NCBI GenBank assembly: GCA_001918745.1
Contig: MNGN01000043.1
Coordinates: 1 to 49,183 of the forward strand
Length of the DNA: 49,183 bases
Origin: Crenarchaeota archaeon 13_1_40CM_3_52_17
Lineage (GTDB): Archaea; Thermoproteota; Bathyarchaeia; 40CM-2-53-6
Reading direction: 5' to 3'
The stretch's first letter is position 1, and every line of letters starts with the position of its first letter. Under the pieces are notes generated by a model. That model saw nothing but the letters and a program-made list of their open reading frames with translations, was not told the DNA's origin and ran no database searches. A program made the translations under genes and the position numbers. Of the stretch, positions 18,113 to 27,931 are shown piece after piece.

Positions 18113-18871
18113 CTAGAGTTTGACAGAGGTTCTGTAGGACTTCAAGCCTACCCCTCTGAGCCGATTACCGATCTTCGCAATCACTCCCGGCGCCTCGGTG
18201 CCGATTTTGCATATGACTGATTGGACAAATAGAGAGAGACTCTCCACTCTCACAACGTCGCTTTGCAGCTCCGAAGCCCTCACAGCATTCTCCACGAAGG
18301 CTTTGTCGGCTCCTACGACTATTACTCTGTCAAAGGGATATTTTCTCCACGATACAAGATTCTCCCTAGCTTGATCATCTAGTTCAACTGTGATGTTCTC
18401 GCCTTCAAGCTCAGTCACGATCATGTTCAGTGGGACAAAGTCGACCAGTGCATTCGTGTCAAGGATTTCTCTAGCGGATCTTGGCTCTCCATCGGCTAGT
18501 TGTGCCCGCATTCTGTGGAGTGGATAGAGCGCGTCTTTCGGTCTAGGATCCTGGACTCCGATGTCGACGTAGACCCCGTAGCCGATTCGGCCGGCGCCCG
18601 CGACGAAACCTCTCACGACGTCCCACTTTTCTAGACGTGCACGGGAGACCGAGGCTTCACCGTATTCTTGCTTGAGGAGGTTGAGAAACGCGTCCGCATC
18701 TTCTCCTCTTGCCCTAACCTGGAGCCATTGTCCTTGCTGCCCAAAGTCCGATTCCATCTCGAGGCCTTTGGCTTTCTCGGTGAGGGCTCTAGCGATGAAC
18801 TGTGAGCCTTGCTTGAGTATTTGTGGGGGAATTTTCTCGGCAAGAGTGGCGATCTGCCACTCCTCTACCAC
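18113..18871 (-). CDS. DUF2110 family protein
   Basis: GED...FLNLL, GRIGYGVYVDIG and GTEAPGVIAKIG. Adjacent to tfe, as is common in archaea. Confidence 0.8.
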   Translation of the reverse strand: MVEEWQIATLAEKIPPQILKQGSQFIARALTEKAKGLEMESDFGQQGQWLQVRARGEDADAFLNLLKQEYGEASVSRARLEKWDVVRGFVAGAGRIGYGVYVDIGVQDPRPKDALYPLHRMRAQLADGEPRSAREILDTNALVDFVPLNMIVTELEGENITVELDDQARENLVSWRKYPFDRVIVVGADKAFVENAVRASELQSDVVRVESLSLFVQSVICKIGTEAPGVIAKIGNRLRGVGLKSYRTSVKL

Positions 18872-18891
18872 TTGCTGTTTCTCCGGAAAGG

Positions 18892-19428
18892 TCAGATCTT
18901 TTCAGGGTGAAATGCTGCTGGCCGTTCTTGGAGTTCGGATTCTATCTTCTTCGAAAGATCCTCTAAGACCTGGACTGTTCTGCTGTTGTCCTCGCTGATT
19001 AGTTGGCCGTTGCAGCTGCTGCACCGGAACGCGGACTCCATGGCCTCCTCGAAGGTTACCCGGACGGTGAGGCATCCCTTGCACATGAAGAAGCTATGCC
19101 CCCTCTCATATTCGAGGCGGGATCGCATCTTTTCCAACGCCTTCTTCTTCCTGCTTCTGACAAAAGCGTCCAGCTGGTCTGGTTGAAGTTTCCAGTGATA
19201 GATGAACCAGCCTGTCTTCTCATCACGGCTCCTGACAACAGTTACCAGGGCGTGGTTGTAGAGCTTGTAGAGAACCCTGCGGGCAGCGTTGAGCTTGACG
19301 TTCGCGTTTACTGCGATAATATCATCGGTGGTTGTTCCAGCGTCGGATAGTGCTTGTACGACGCTGAGAGCCTCCTGGCCGCCGAAGAAGCTTGCCAGTC
19401 GTGCAAGATCATCATGATTAGACCCCAT
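18892..19428 (-). CDS. tfe: Transcription factor E (TFE alpha)
   Basis: Winged helix (RRVLYKLY, RDEKTGWFIYHW) plus Zn ribbon CKGC...FEEAM...FRCSSC. Confidence 0.93.
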   Translation of the reverse strand: MGSNHDDLARLASFFGGQEALSVVQALSDAGTTTDDIIAVNANVKLNAARRVLYKLYNHALVTVVRSRDEKTGWFIYHWKLQPDQLDAFVRSRKKKALEKMRSRLEYERGHSFFMCKGCLTVRVTFEEAMESAFRCSSCNGQLISEDNSRTVQVLEDLSKKIESELQERPAAFHPEKI

Positions 19429-19511
19429 ACTCGCAAAAATCCCTCGTAGACACCCTATATTGTGCGCTTCTCCAATTTAATGTATTAGGCTCTAGAGACC
19501 CCTTCGTAATC

Positions 19512-20045
19512 ATGGCAAGGCTGGTAGTGCTCCGTATCGGGCATAGGTTCTTCAGGGATTCGAGGGTTACGACGCATGTCTGTCTCACCGCTCGCGCGCT
19601 CGGCGCTGACGGCGTAATCATAGCGGATAAGGAGGATAAGACGGTTGAAGCTACTATCAGGGAAGTTGGGAAAAGGTTCGGCGGAAACTTCTCCATCGAA
19701 TCAGGCAAACCGTGGAGGAAAACCATTCGAGACTGGAAGGACCAGGGTGGGAAAGTGGTGCATCTGACCGCCTATGGCCTGAAGCTGCCTCGCGTAATCC
19801 GGGAGATTGATGAGGCTGACAAAGACGTACTCGTAGTGGTTGGGTCAGAGAAAATGCCTGGGGAGGTCTTCAAGCTCGCAGACTGGAACGTCTCGGTGAC
19901 GAACCAGCCGATGAGCGAAGTCGCCGCTCTCGCAGTCTTCCTCGACTGGCACCTCCAACACGGCGCATTCGACAAGAGCTTTCCAAACGGAGAAGTGGAG
20001 ATCGTTCCGTCAAGTGATCGGAAGAATATTCAACCTCTCAGCTAG
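19512..20045 (+). CDS. trm56: tRNA (cytidine56-2'-O)-methyltransferase aTrm56
   Basis: LRIGHR..RDSRVTTHVCLTARALGA, VHLTAYG, VGSEK, VTNQP.SEVAALA. Confidence 0.93.
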   Translation: MARLVVLRIGHRFFRDSRVTTHVCLTARALGADGVIIADKEDKTVEATIREVGKRFGGNFSIESGKPWRKTIRDWKDQGGKVVHLTAYGLKLPRVIREIDEADKDVLVVVGSEKMPGEVFKLADWNVSVTNQPMSEVAALAVFLDWHLQHGAFDKSFPNGEVEIVPSSDRKNIQPLS

Positions 20046-20063
20046 AGCAAGGAGTTTCTAACG

Positions 20064-20909
20064 ATGTGGATCGAGGAAACGCTAGAGAAATTTCTGGATG
20101 AGGACATCGGCCATGGAGACATTACAACTGACGCTCTTGTTGATTCTAGGACAAAGGCCACTGGGCAGGTAGTCTGTAAAGAACGAGCCGTAATCGCAGG
20201 CTTGTCCGAATCCATCATCCTCCTCAAACTCCTAGACTGCCAGGGAAAATCCCGGGTCCGGGACGGACAGGAAGTCCCGGCAGGAACCGTAATTCTAGAA
20301 GTGAATGGTTCCGGGAGTTCTCTTCTGAAAGTTGAACGTGTGCTGTTGAACTTGTTATCTCACATGTCCGGAGTGGCAACTGCCACATCTGAACTTGTCA
20401 GCATCGCAAAGAAGAACGGAAGTTCGGCGAGAATCGCCTGCACGAGAAAGACCCTTCCAGGTCTAAGATATTTCGAAAAACGAGCAGTCGAGTTGGGAGG
20501 TGGCGATACTCACCGTCTCAGACTTGACGATGCTGTCTTGATCAAGGACAATCATCTCGAACTGGCCGGCTCGATAACCGAGGCTGTTCGAAAGTCGAAG
20601 GCCAAAGTGAGCTTCACCAAGAAAATAGAGGTTGAAGCAACTAGCCCTCATCAGGCGGCGGAAGCAGCGCGTGCTGGAGCCGATATCGTCCTCTTGGACA
20701 ATATGACACCGCAAGAAGTAAGGAAGTCGTTGGACCTGCTGGAAGCCAAAAAGCTTCGAGGCCATGTTCTGGTTGAAGTGTCCGGTGGCATTACGCGGGA
20801 TAATCTCGCGAGTTACGTCAAGACTGGCGTGGACGTGATCTCCGTAGGATCGATAACTCACTCTGCCAAGGCAATTGACATGAGCCTGGAGCTTCACACT
20901 GTCAAGTAG
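20064..20909 (+). CDS. nadC: Nicotinate-nucleotide diphosphorylase (quinolinate phosphoribosyltransferase)
   Basis: GDITT, TRKTLPG, HRLRLDDAVLIKDNH, LLDNM, EVSGGI. Confidence 0.96.
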   Translation: MWIEETLEKFLDEDIGHGDITTDALVDSRTKATGQVVCKERAVIAGLSESIILLKLLDCQGKSRVRDGQEVPAGTVILEVNGSGSSLLKVERVLLNLLSHMSGVATATSELVSIAKKNGSSARIACTRKTLPGLRYFEKRAVELGGGDTHRLRLDDAVLIKDNHLELAGSITEAVRKSKAKVSFTKKIEVEATSPHQAAEAARAGADIVLLDNMTPQEVRKSLDLLEAKKLRGHVLVEVSGGITRDNLASYVKTGVDVISVGSITHSAKAIDMSLELHTVK

Positions 20910-20967
20910 TCGGAAACATGTCGATTAGCAATCTTAAACCGTCTAGGGGAAATAGTACCCGAGTGAG

Positions 20968-21891
20968 ATAGTTCAACTGGAACAGAAGATCAGATTCTGC
21001 AAGACAAAGGACGGCGTCAGGCTTGCGTATTCTACACTGGGTCACGGACCACCGTTAGTTAAGGCAGCGAACTGGCTTGGACACTTACAATTCGATCTAG
21101 AGAGCCCGATATTTCGTCACTGGACCAGGGAGCTGTCGAGATACAATGAATACGTCCGTTACGATGATCGGGGATGCGGGCTATCCGATCGCGACGTCAA
21201 CAGTTCTACATTCGAGGACTGGGTGCATGATCTAGAATCGATCGTGGACTCGGCAGGTCTCGAGAAATTTGCTCTGCTTGGAATCTCTCAGGGAGGAGCG
21301 GTAAGCATCGCTTATGCTGCTCGCCATCCTCACCGGGTAAGCCATCTAATTCTATACGGGGCTAGCGCGTTGGGCTGGTCTAAGATCCACACTTCGCCTG
21401 CGGAACAGGAGGAGGGGTTTGCGATGCTGACGTTGACGAAGGCGGGATGGGGAAAAGACAACCCTGTCTACCGTCAAATTTTCACGTCGCTATTCGTCCC
21501 CGGTGGGACGCCCGAGCAGGCCAGCTGGTTCAACGAGCTGATGCGAAAATCCACGTCGCCAGAAACCGCCGTGCGCTATTTGATGGAGTTCGCTCAAATC
21601 GACGTCCTCGACCAGCTCGACAAGGTATCAGTACCAACACTCGTTATCCACACCCGAGGCGATCAAGTGAACCGATTCGAAGATGGCAGAGACCTGGCAA
21701 CACTGATTCGGGGAGCCCACTTCATCCCACTAGAGAGCAAGAACCACATTCTGCTAGAGGACGAACCAGCATGGAAGGACTTTCTGGTCGAGGCTAGACG
21801 CTTTCTCGGCGTGAAAGAGATAGGACCCGAAGCGTCATCGAAAGAGAAGGAACTAGGCGTCAAAGCCTGGCTCAGAGGACCCAAGAAGTAG
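20968..21891 (+). CDS. Alpha/beta hydrolase whose N-terminus lacks a canonical start codon (ATA 20968 or CTG 20977)
   Basis: Frame is open from 20956 and reads VQLEQKIRFCKTKDGVRLAYS...PPLVKAANWL...RYDDRGCGLSD, continuing into ORF 21223-21891 (GISQGG nucleophile elbow, NH catalytic His). Confidence 0.85.
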   Translation: MVQLEQKIRFCKTKDGVRLAYSTLGHGPPLVKAANWLGHLQFDLESPIFRHWTRELSRYNEYVRYDDRGCGLSDRDVNSSTFEDWVHDLESIVDSAGLEKFALLGISQGGAVSIAYAARHPHRVSHLILYGASALGWSKIHTSPAEQEEGFAMLTLTKAGWGKDNPVYRQIFTSLFVPGGTPEQASWFNELMRKSTSPETAVRYLMEFAQIDVLDQLDKVSVPTLVIHTRGDQVNRFEDGRDLATLIRGAHFIPLESKNHILLEDEPAWKDFLVEARRFLGVKEIGPEASSKEKELGVKAWLRGPKK

Positions 21892-21908
21892 AGATGCTCG
21901 AAGAATTC

Positions 21909-22776
21909 ATGCTAGGGTGTTTCCGGGTCGAAAGCTAAGCAGCTGATCGAGAAAGCGGAAAAAATCCGGGACCGAGAACACCGGCTAAAACCATCTCTCC
22001 GACTGAAAACCCAAGAAGAGATCCATCGCTTCATCCATGATAAGGGTCTCGTCTCGGCGCTAGGGGGAAACGAGCTTCCAAGCCTCATCAGCGCAATACT
22101 AGGCAGGCCATGGAAGCCATCGGCGAAAGGCTTTACCAGCTGGAATGAGTGGTGGTCCATCAAAATAGCCGGCCAATCAGTGGCCAAAGTCTTTCGCGAG
22201 ATCGAGGGGAGCGAGGACATTCTGTCTACTAGAATCTTTAGACGGACAAAGACCTTCGTGTCAAACGAGCTCTTGCCAATCCTCGACCCTATCGTGAAAC
22301 ATCATCAAGAGCCCACGGTAAAACGCGAGACCTTTTCTGATATGGAACGGAAGTTGCTGGAAACCATCGAGGCTCGAGGTTCAATCCGGACGGACCGGTT
22401 GAGAAAGAAGCTAGGGTTACTGGGGAAAGAAAACAATTCAAAGTTCCACCGCTCGCTAATCAACCTGGAAAACTATGCGATAATAGTCGGTGCTGAAGAT
22501 CCTAAACCCGAGAAACATCTGCACGCAAACATCTGGCAAACATGGGAGACAAGAACTGGTGAAGGAACCTATCGTGTTCGCCTCTCGTACCGCGAGGCGC
22601 TGGCCAAACTCCTCGGGAAGACTATGAATGCATGTGTTCTTGCTCGTGAAGATCAGTTGCGAAAATGGTTCCCGTGGAAGGTCGACATGGAAGAGGCTAA
22701 GGAAGAATCGCTGAAGAAGGGGAGAATCGTGAAATCAGGCCCTTTCATTGTCGCGCCCCGAATCTTGAGATCATGA
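21909..22776 (+). CDS. Winged-helix, possibly AlkZ-related, hypothetical protein; start apparently frameshifted
   Basis: The frame of ORF 22180-22776 is open back to 21916 (GVSGSKAKQLIEKAE...). ATG 21909 joins it if one G of GGG 21915-21917 is removed. Family call is tentative. Confidence 0.55.
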
Positions 22777-23014
22777 GACCCAATATTTGAGAACTAAGCA
22801 ATGGAGTCTTTCTTGCGCTGAACTCATGAGGTGGGCGGTGTAAACTAAAGCAAATCAGCCTGATCTTCAGAAATCGTGGCTAGGCCTGAACATAGGACCT
22901 GCAGTGCAGGTACTGTGTAGCCGCTTTACAGGAGCTCGGGAGAACTTTTGAAACAGTGGAACAAGTTACACTCGCGGTAAGTTCCCGATCTGCACATATC
23001 ACGCAGGACGAAGC

Positions 23015-23554
23015 ATGAAGAAAATCGGATTCTCTCTATGCTTAGTAATGGCGTCACTAATAGCTCTGAGTGTTCCCCTCTCCGCACATGCACCCCCCAA
23101 TTCTCCACCCGTCATCGGAACCCCTGTTATCCAACCGTCTTCACCAACCTACAGTGCTCCGGTGAGGGTCTCGGTGAACGTCACTGATCAGCACTCAAGT
23201 GTACGAAACGTGACCATAATCTACACGACTGACAACTGGAAAATGGTTAACACGACTCTTCTCGCCTCATACAATGCCACAACCACCACGGCCACTGCTC
23301 AGATCCCCGCACTGGCGGGCGGGGGCCATGTCTCATTCTATATTGTGGCCTTCAACGGCAATGGCATTAATGGTGTGAACGATAACTCGGGAAGCTATTT
23401 CGGCTACGACGTAACAGCACCTCCAGCAGTACCCACAACGACGAATGGCTGGATTGCCACCGGCATAATCGTGGGAAGCTTAGGAGCATTCGCTGTCGCG
23501 GCACTACAAATCCTCAGGAAGAAACCCGGGACAGGCTCTCAGCCAACAAACTGA
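23015..23554 (+). CDS. Secreted, C-terminally anchored beta-sandwich (CBM21/Ig-like) surface protein
   Basis: Signal peptide, YTTDNWK and DNSGSYFGY motifs, C-terminal TM followed by RKK. Confidence 0.7.
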   Translation: MKKIGFSLCLVMASLIALSVPLSAHAPPNSPPVIGTPVIQPSSPTYSAPVRVSVNVTDQHSSVRNVTIIYTTDNWKMVNTTLLASYNATTTTATAQIPALAGGGHVSFYIVAFNGNGINGVNDNSGSYFGYDVTAPPAVPTTTNGWIATGIIVGSLGAFAVAALQILRKKPGTGSQPTN

Positions 23555-23696
23555 ATCCAAAGGTACAAGCTCACAGTAAAACAACGGCAGATGAAACCCC
23601 GCCTTCTCTCCCGTCGAAGGCTCCGATCGAACCTCCCCTCATTATCAAGTTCGAGACATCAACAATTAATGACCAAGCACTATTCCCGAGCGAGCT

Positions 23697-24725
23697 ATGC
23701 CAATCTCAAAGGACAGTCCTGCGTCTCCTGACATCGCCCCGAAAACCCAGATCATAGATAGGATCGAGAGGGAAGCAGGGGTTCCAGACCTAGCTAACAT
23801 TCTCACAAATCGTCTCGCTCCAACCGACCTGCAATCGCTGCTCTTGGAAGTCTATGGCCAGAGGGCGAAGAGGAGAGAACCTAGGGCATTGCTTGAGGAT
23901 CAAGTGTCAAACCGGTTCATCCGGCCTTCCACCACCAGCCCTGCACGCCTTCTGGACTGGGATCGTGTTGCGTTCTCGCGACTACCCAAAGTCTTCCAAC
24001 CTATCGAACTCTCACCAGTCTGCCCGCTAGGGACGGTCTCTGCGTTATCCCCGATCAGCCAAGATTGGACAGTCTCTACAATCCGAAATACTGAGGTTGT
24101 TTCTGACTCGACGAACGTTCTCGCGCTTGAGTGCGCAACCCGACGCCGCGAGCAGAAGGATTTTTCTTCAGGTAAAGCAGCTTCCGTTCATCTAGCCGCG
24201 AGTCATCGTCTCTTAAGAGGCCAGAAGTTTGGCGTTGGTCCAGGTACTAGGCAACACTTCAGAGTCTTCACGCTTTGCAGTGCTGGCCGTGATTCAGGGA
24301 ATCTTCGGTTCGAGACCCAGACGGTAAGTCTTCACATCGGATTCTATCTTGCGGCACTCAGAGGCTTTCTAGGAACTAGGACCGCTCTCCGGGTCGCCAT
24401 TTCTGATTTCGGGTCTAACGAGGCGCGACCAGCGGTTCGATCAGAAGTAGTTGAGAAATTTCAGTCCGCGCACAAAAAGGTCCGAATCGGAATCGACCAG
24501 GACCGTAAGCAAGGCAGAGGATACTACCGCCAATTGTGTTTCAAGATTTACGCAACTCCCTCCAACGATCGGGAGCAGGAACTCGTTGATGGCGGAGATG
24601 TCAATTGGACGCAGAAGCTCCTCAATAATGCGAAGGAGCGTCTCATCATCAGCGGATGTGGCAGCGAGAGACTGTGCGAACTCTTTGAACCGACCGCGTC
24701 CCCAAAGAGCACTAAGCGTCCCTAG
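23697..24725 (+). CDS. Class II aminoacyl-tRNA synthetase-like catalytic-core protein of unknown function
   Basis: Motif-2-like HRLLRGQ...RQHFRVF, HisRS-like GRGYY..LCFKI, ELVDGG and motif-3-like SGCGSERL. No anticodon-binding domain. Confidence 0.6.
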   Translation: MPISKDSPASPDIAPKTQIIDRIEREAGVPDLANILTNRLAPTDLQSLLLEVYGQRAKRREPRALLEDQVSNRFIRPSTTSPARLLDWDRVAFSRLPKVFQPIELSPVCPLGTVSALSPISQDWTVSTIRNTEVVSDSTNVLALECATRRREQKDFSSGKAASVHLAASHRLLRGQKFGVGPGTRQHFRVFTLCSAGRDSGNLRFETQTVSLHIGFYLAALRGFLGTRTALRVAISDFGSNEARPAVRSEVVEKFQSAHKKVRIGIDQDRKQGRGYYRQLCFKIYATPSNDREQELVDGGDVNWTQKLLNNAKERLIISGCGSERLCELFEPTASPKSTKRP

Positions 24726-24727
24726 TG

Positions 24728-25060
24728 TTAGGGCCGGGCGTCTCTTTCCTTTTTCAGCAACTCATCCAACCGTTCGAAGCTCTCGTCCCAATACTGCTGG
24801 AACTCGGTAGCCCAGACAGCAACTTCCCGCAGGGGCTTGGCCTGCAGTCGGCACCAGCGTCGCTGGGCTTCGCGTCGGCGCTCAATGAGACCGGCCTTCT
24901 CTAGGACTTTGAGGTGTTTGGAAACCGCAGGCTGGCTGATCGGCAGAGGCCCTGCTAGCTCTTGGACGGTCGCCTCGCCTTGAGCGAGGCGGGAGAGGAT
25001 TGTTCTGCGGGTCGGGTCGGCTACGGCTTGGAAGGTCGCGGAGAGCGTGTCATCGTTCAA
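24728..25060 (-). CDS. ArsR/SmtB-family transcription regulator
   Basis: FQAVADPTRRTIL and ISQPAVSKHLKVLEKAGLI. Confidence 0.92.
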   Translation of the reverse strand: MNDDTLSATFQAVADPTRRTILSRLAQGEATVQELAGPLPISQPAVSKHLKVLEKAGLIERRREAQRRWCRLQAKPLREVAVWATEFQQYWDESFERLDELLKKERDARP

Positions 25061-25545
25061 TGCGTGGTCCGTAGGAGCTCGTCGAGGCGGTCGTAGCCTT
25101 CGTTCAAGCCGCTTTCCATGTTGCTGGCTAGCATACCATCACGATGCTCTTTGCGTTCGAACTTGACGATAGATTTGACCGTAGTTCGGCCATTGTGTTC
25201 CTCGAAGAGGGCTGTCTGAAGGGACTCGCCTGGCATGCCTTCGAAGTTCCAGGTCTGTACAATGCGCTCTGGGCGCAATATTTCGCGGAATTCGCCATGG
25301 AAGCCGTACTTGGTACCGTCGGTGTCTATGTGGGTGAAGTGCCATCTGCCACCGGGGCGCACGTCCATCTGTTCGATGGTCATTTTGTATTTTCGGGGAC
25401 CCATCCAATGGATGAGGAGCTTGGGGTCCGTGTAGGCACGGAACACTGCTTCGCGAGGCGAATCGAAACTGCGTTCTACTCGGATTTCAGTGTCATTAGG
25501 TGTCGTGATTACCGCGGGTTTTGCGATAGATTGGGAGGATTTCAT
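25057..25545 (-). CDS. SRPBCC/AHSA1 ligand-binding protein
   Basis: VFRAYTDP..W.GP, DVRPGGRW, MESGLNEGYDRLDELL. Start reassigned to ATG 25545. Stop overlaps the ArsR start. Confidence 0.9.
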   Translation of the reverse strand: MKSSQSIAKPAVITTPNDTEIRVERSFDSPREAVFRAYTDPKLLIHWMGPRKYKMTIEQMDVRPGGRWHFTHIDTDGTKYGFHGEFREILRPERIVQTWNFEGMPGESLQTALFEEHNGRTTVKSIVKFERKEHRDGMLASNMESGLNEGYDRLDELLRTTH

Positions 25546-25554
25546 GGAACTGTG

Positions 25555-25589
25555 TATAACCATATAGCTATATAACCATTTTGTTAAGC
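25555..25589. promoter_or_regulatory. Putative ArsR operator/promoter of the SRPBCC-ArsR operon
   Basis: Direct repeat TATAACCAT (25555-25563 and 25571-25579) overlapping palindrome ATATAGCTATAT (25562-25573), just upstream of ATG 25545. Confidence 0.6.
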
Positions 25590-25673
25590 TCACGCCCTGT
25601 AATGAAACCAAGATCGACACTGAGAGCTAGACTAAAAGCGCCTTGAATTACTGATCCTCTTGAGGTCTTCAGA

Positions 25674-25955
25674 ATGTGTCGAAATATCAGAGTGCTCTTC
25701 AACTTCGACCCTCCGGCCACAGAGGCAGAAATTCGGGACGCGTCCTTGCAGTTCGTCCGAAAGATCAGCGGGTTTCATCAACCATCAAAAGCAAACGAAC
25801 AGTCGTTCTTGGCCGCGGTCGACGAGATTACCCATGTCTCCACCGATCTGATCCAATCACTTGAAACGAACGCGCAACCGAGGACACGAGAGCAAGAGAT
25901 CGCAAAGGCAAAGGCCCGATTTTCGACTAGGTTTGCCACTAGAGTGTCTGCCTAG
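25674..25955 (+). CDS. DUF2277 family protein
   Basis: MCRNIRVLFNFDPPATEAEIRDASLQFVRKISG signature. Confidence 0.88.
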   Translation: MCRNIRVLFNFDPPATEAEIRDASLQFVRKISGFHQPSKANEQSFLAAVDEITHVSTDLIQSLETNAQPRTREQEIAKAKARFSTRFATRVSA

Positions 25956-26908
25956 CCTACCCCAATGTTCTCCAGAAACGAGGCAGATGGGACGAAGAAG
26001 AGGTTTCCTGTCACCGCCTTGCTGAAATCCAGCAGTCGATCATAATTGCCTGGTGGCTTCCCGACGAACATGTTCTGAAGCATTTGTTCAATGGTGCGCG
26101 GTGACCGGCTGTAACCGATGAAGTACGTCCCGAACTCCTTTTGACCAGGATTACCGAAGGGCATGTTGTCCCGGAGAATTTTGACTTCCCTGCCATTCTC
26201 TACTATCTTGGTGAGCGCGTTGTGCGCGTAGGTGGGCTTGACCTTGTTATCGAGCTCCACATCATTCAGCTTGGTGCGTCCGACGATCTTTTCCTGTTTT
26301 TCAGTTGGTAAAGCATTCCAGCCAGCTAGATCATGGAGATACTTCTGAATGATCACATAGCTTCCCGCAGCGAACCCGGGGTCCTCGTTGGTTATGAGAG
26401 TGGAGTCAATCGCTTCCTGACCCTTAGGGTTCTCCGTTCCATCGACAAAGCCGATCAGGTCGCGGCTATCAAAATAACGGAAACCATGAACTTCGTCAAC
26501 CGGGCTGATTGCCGGTCCAAGCCGAGCGGTGATCTGCGTCGCTAGCTCGAAGCACAAGTCCATTCGCTGCGCCCGAATATGAAAGAGCAGGTCGCCCGGT
26601 GTTGAGACGGCATGATGCTCTCCTGCCCGGATCTCGCGAAACCTATGCAATTCTGCTGGGCGTGGTTTCCCGAATAGTTGATCCCAGGCATCAGACCCAA
26701 ACCCCACCACACATGAGAGAGTTCCCTCTTGTTCGCGAAATCCTACAGAACGGACGAGGGCGGCTAGATCTGCGCAGAAGGAACGGATCGTGGCGCGATG
26801 ACCCGCGCCGGGGTTAATTGTTGCGACCAGAAAGATCGCCGCTCGGGTCAGGGGTGTCGCGACAGGTTGTGGGACGGCACGTGGAATGTCTGACGCTCTA
26901 TGCGTCAT
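25952..26908 (-). CDS. Dyp-type heme peroxidase (DypB-like)
   Basis: GFVDGTENP, IQKYLHDL, IVGRTK, ILRDNMPF, GTYFIGY. Confidence 0.93.
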   Translation of the reverse strand: MTHRASDIPRAVPQPVATPLTRAAIFLVATINPGAGHRATIRSFCADLAALVRSVGFREQEGTLSCVVGFGSDAWDQLFGKPRPAELHRFREIRAGEHHAVSTPGDLLFHIRAQRMDLCFELATQITARLGPAISPVDEVHGFRYFDSRDLIGFVDGTENPKGQEAIDSTLITNEDPGFAAGSYVIIQKYLHDLAGWNALPTEKQEKIVGRTKLNDVELDNKVKPTYAHNALTKIVENGREVKILRDNMPFGNPGQKEFGTYFIGYSRSPRTIEQMLQNMFVGKPPGNYDRLLDFSKAVTGNLFFVPSASFLENIGVG

Positions 26909-26978
26909 AGAGCAGAGGCCCGCGTGGAATGCCTGAAAACGTTTGCCGTCTTTACACTAGGGTCGCATCGTTGCTAGG

Positions 26979-27842
26979 CTAGGCAGGCGTTGTCAATTCG
27001 AGCTTCTTCTCTTCCCTCAGAAAGCTCAGCAGTGCAGCGTTGACTTCGTCGGCATGTGTCCATGATATGCAGTGCGGCCCGTCTTTGACCACGACTAGTC
27101 TTGCTCCCTGGACCAGTTTTGCTGTTCGTTGTCCCGAGGCAGGGAAGGGAACGATACGATCCGCGTCACCGTGAATGACTAGGGTGGGCACCTGGACGCG
27201 AGCCAAGTCCTTCCGGAAATCCTCAAGCCACGTTGGAACACATGCTAGACTGGCGGTTGCCGAGGCACCAACAGCGATATTCCAGCTAGACTGTAAGACT
27301 TGTTCGCTGACCCTCTTGCCCAAGAACTGGTCGGCGTTGTAGAAGTTCTTGAAAAACTCGGTAAAGAACGCGTAACGGTCCGCCTTGATCGCGGTCTGGA
27401 TCCCGTCGAAGGCACCGCGGTCGACGCCTTCCGGGTTATCCGGTGCTTTCAGAAGATATGGTGGGACTGATGAGATGAATACTGCTTTGCTGACGTCCTT
27501 AGATCCGTATTGCCCCATGAAACGTGCAACTTCACCGCCGCCCATCGAGAAACCGACTAGCGCGAAATCACGCAGGTCGAGGTGGCTCACGATTTTGTGA
27601 AGGTCCCTGGCGAACGTGTCATAATTGTAGCCCATGGTTGGTTTGCTCGACTTACCGAAACCCCTACGGTCGTAGGTGATTACACGGTAGCCTGCTTCAA
27701 GCAGGACTGGTACCTGTTTCTCCCAGGAAGCACCACTCAAAGGATAACCATGTATCAGGACAACGGGTTTACCTGCGCCATGATCCTCGTAATAGAGATC
27801 AATACTCCCAGAGTTTTCCTGACCGACATTAACGATTGGCAT
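26979..27842 (-). CDS. Non-heme haloperoxidase/perhydrolase (BPO-A2-like alpha/beta hydrolase)
   Basis: LIHGYPL, YDRRGFG, GFSMGG, HGDADRI, GPH. Confidence 0.9.
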   Translation of the reverse strand: MPIVNVGQENSGSIDLYYEDHGAGKPVVLIHGYPLSGASWEKQVPVLLEAGYRVITYDRRGFGKSSKPTMGYNYDTFARDLHKIVSHLDLRDFALVGFSMGGGEVARFMGQYGSKDVSKAVFISSVPPYLLKAPDNPEGVDRGAFDGIQTAIKADRYAFFTEFFKNFYNADQFLGKRVSEQVLQSSWNIAVGASATASLACVPTWLEDFRKDLARVQVPTLVIHGDADRIVPFPASGQRTAKLVQGARLVVVKDGPHCISWTHADEVNAALLSFLREEKKLELTTPA

Positions 27843-27931
27843 TAAGATTCAGATTCTCAACTGCATTCGCACTTATCACTATGGGTCTCTTCGGACCCCG
27901 GTTTCTCTACTGAGGTCCTGTCAAGTTCTGG

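Noticed and set aside
22795-22925. GCAATGGAGTC resembling a fluoride riboswitch start, and the ACCTGCAGTGCAGGT palindrome
   Set aside because: The 3' TGATGACTCC-type pseudoknot partner is missing and no fluoride-related gene follows. The palindrome has no supporting context.
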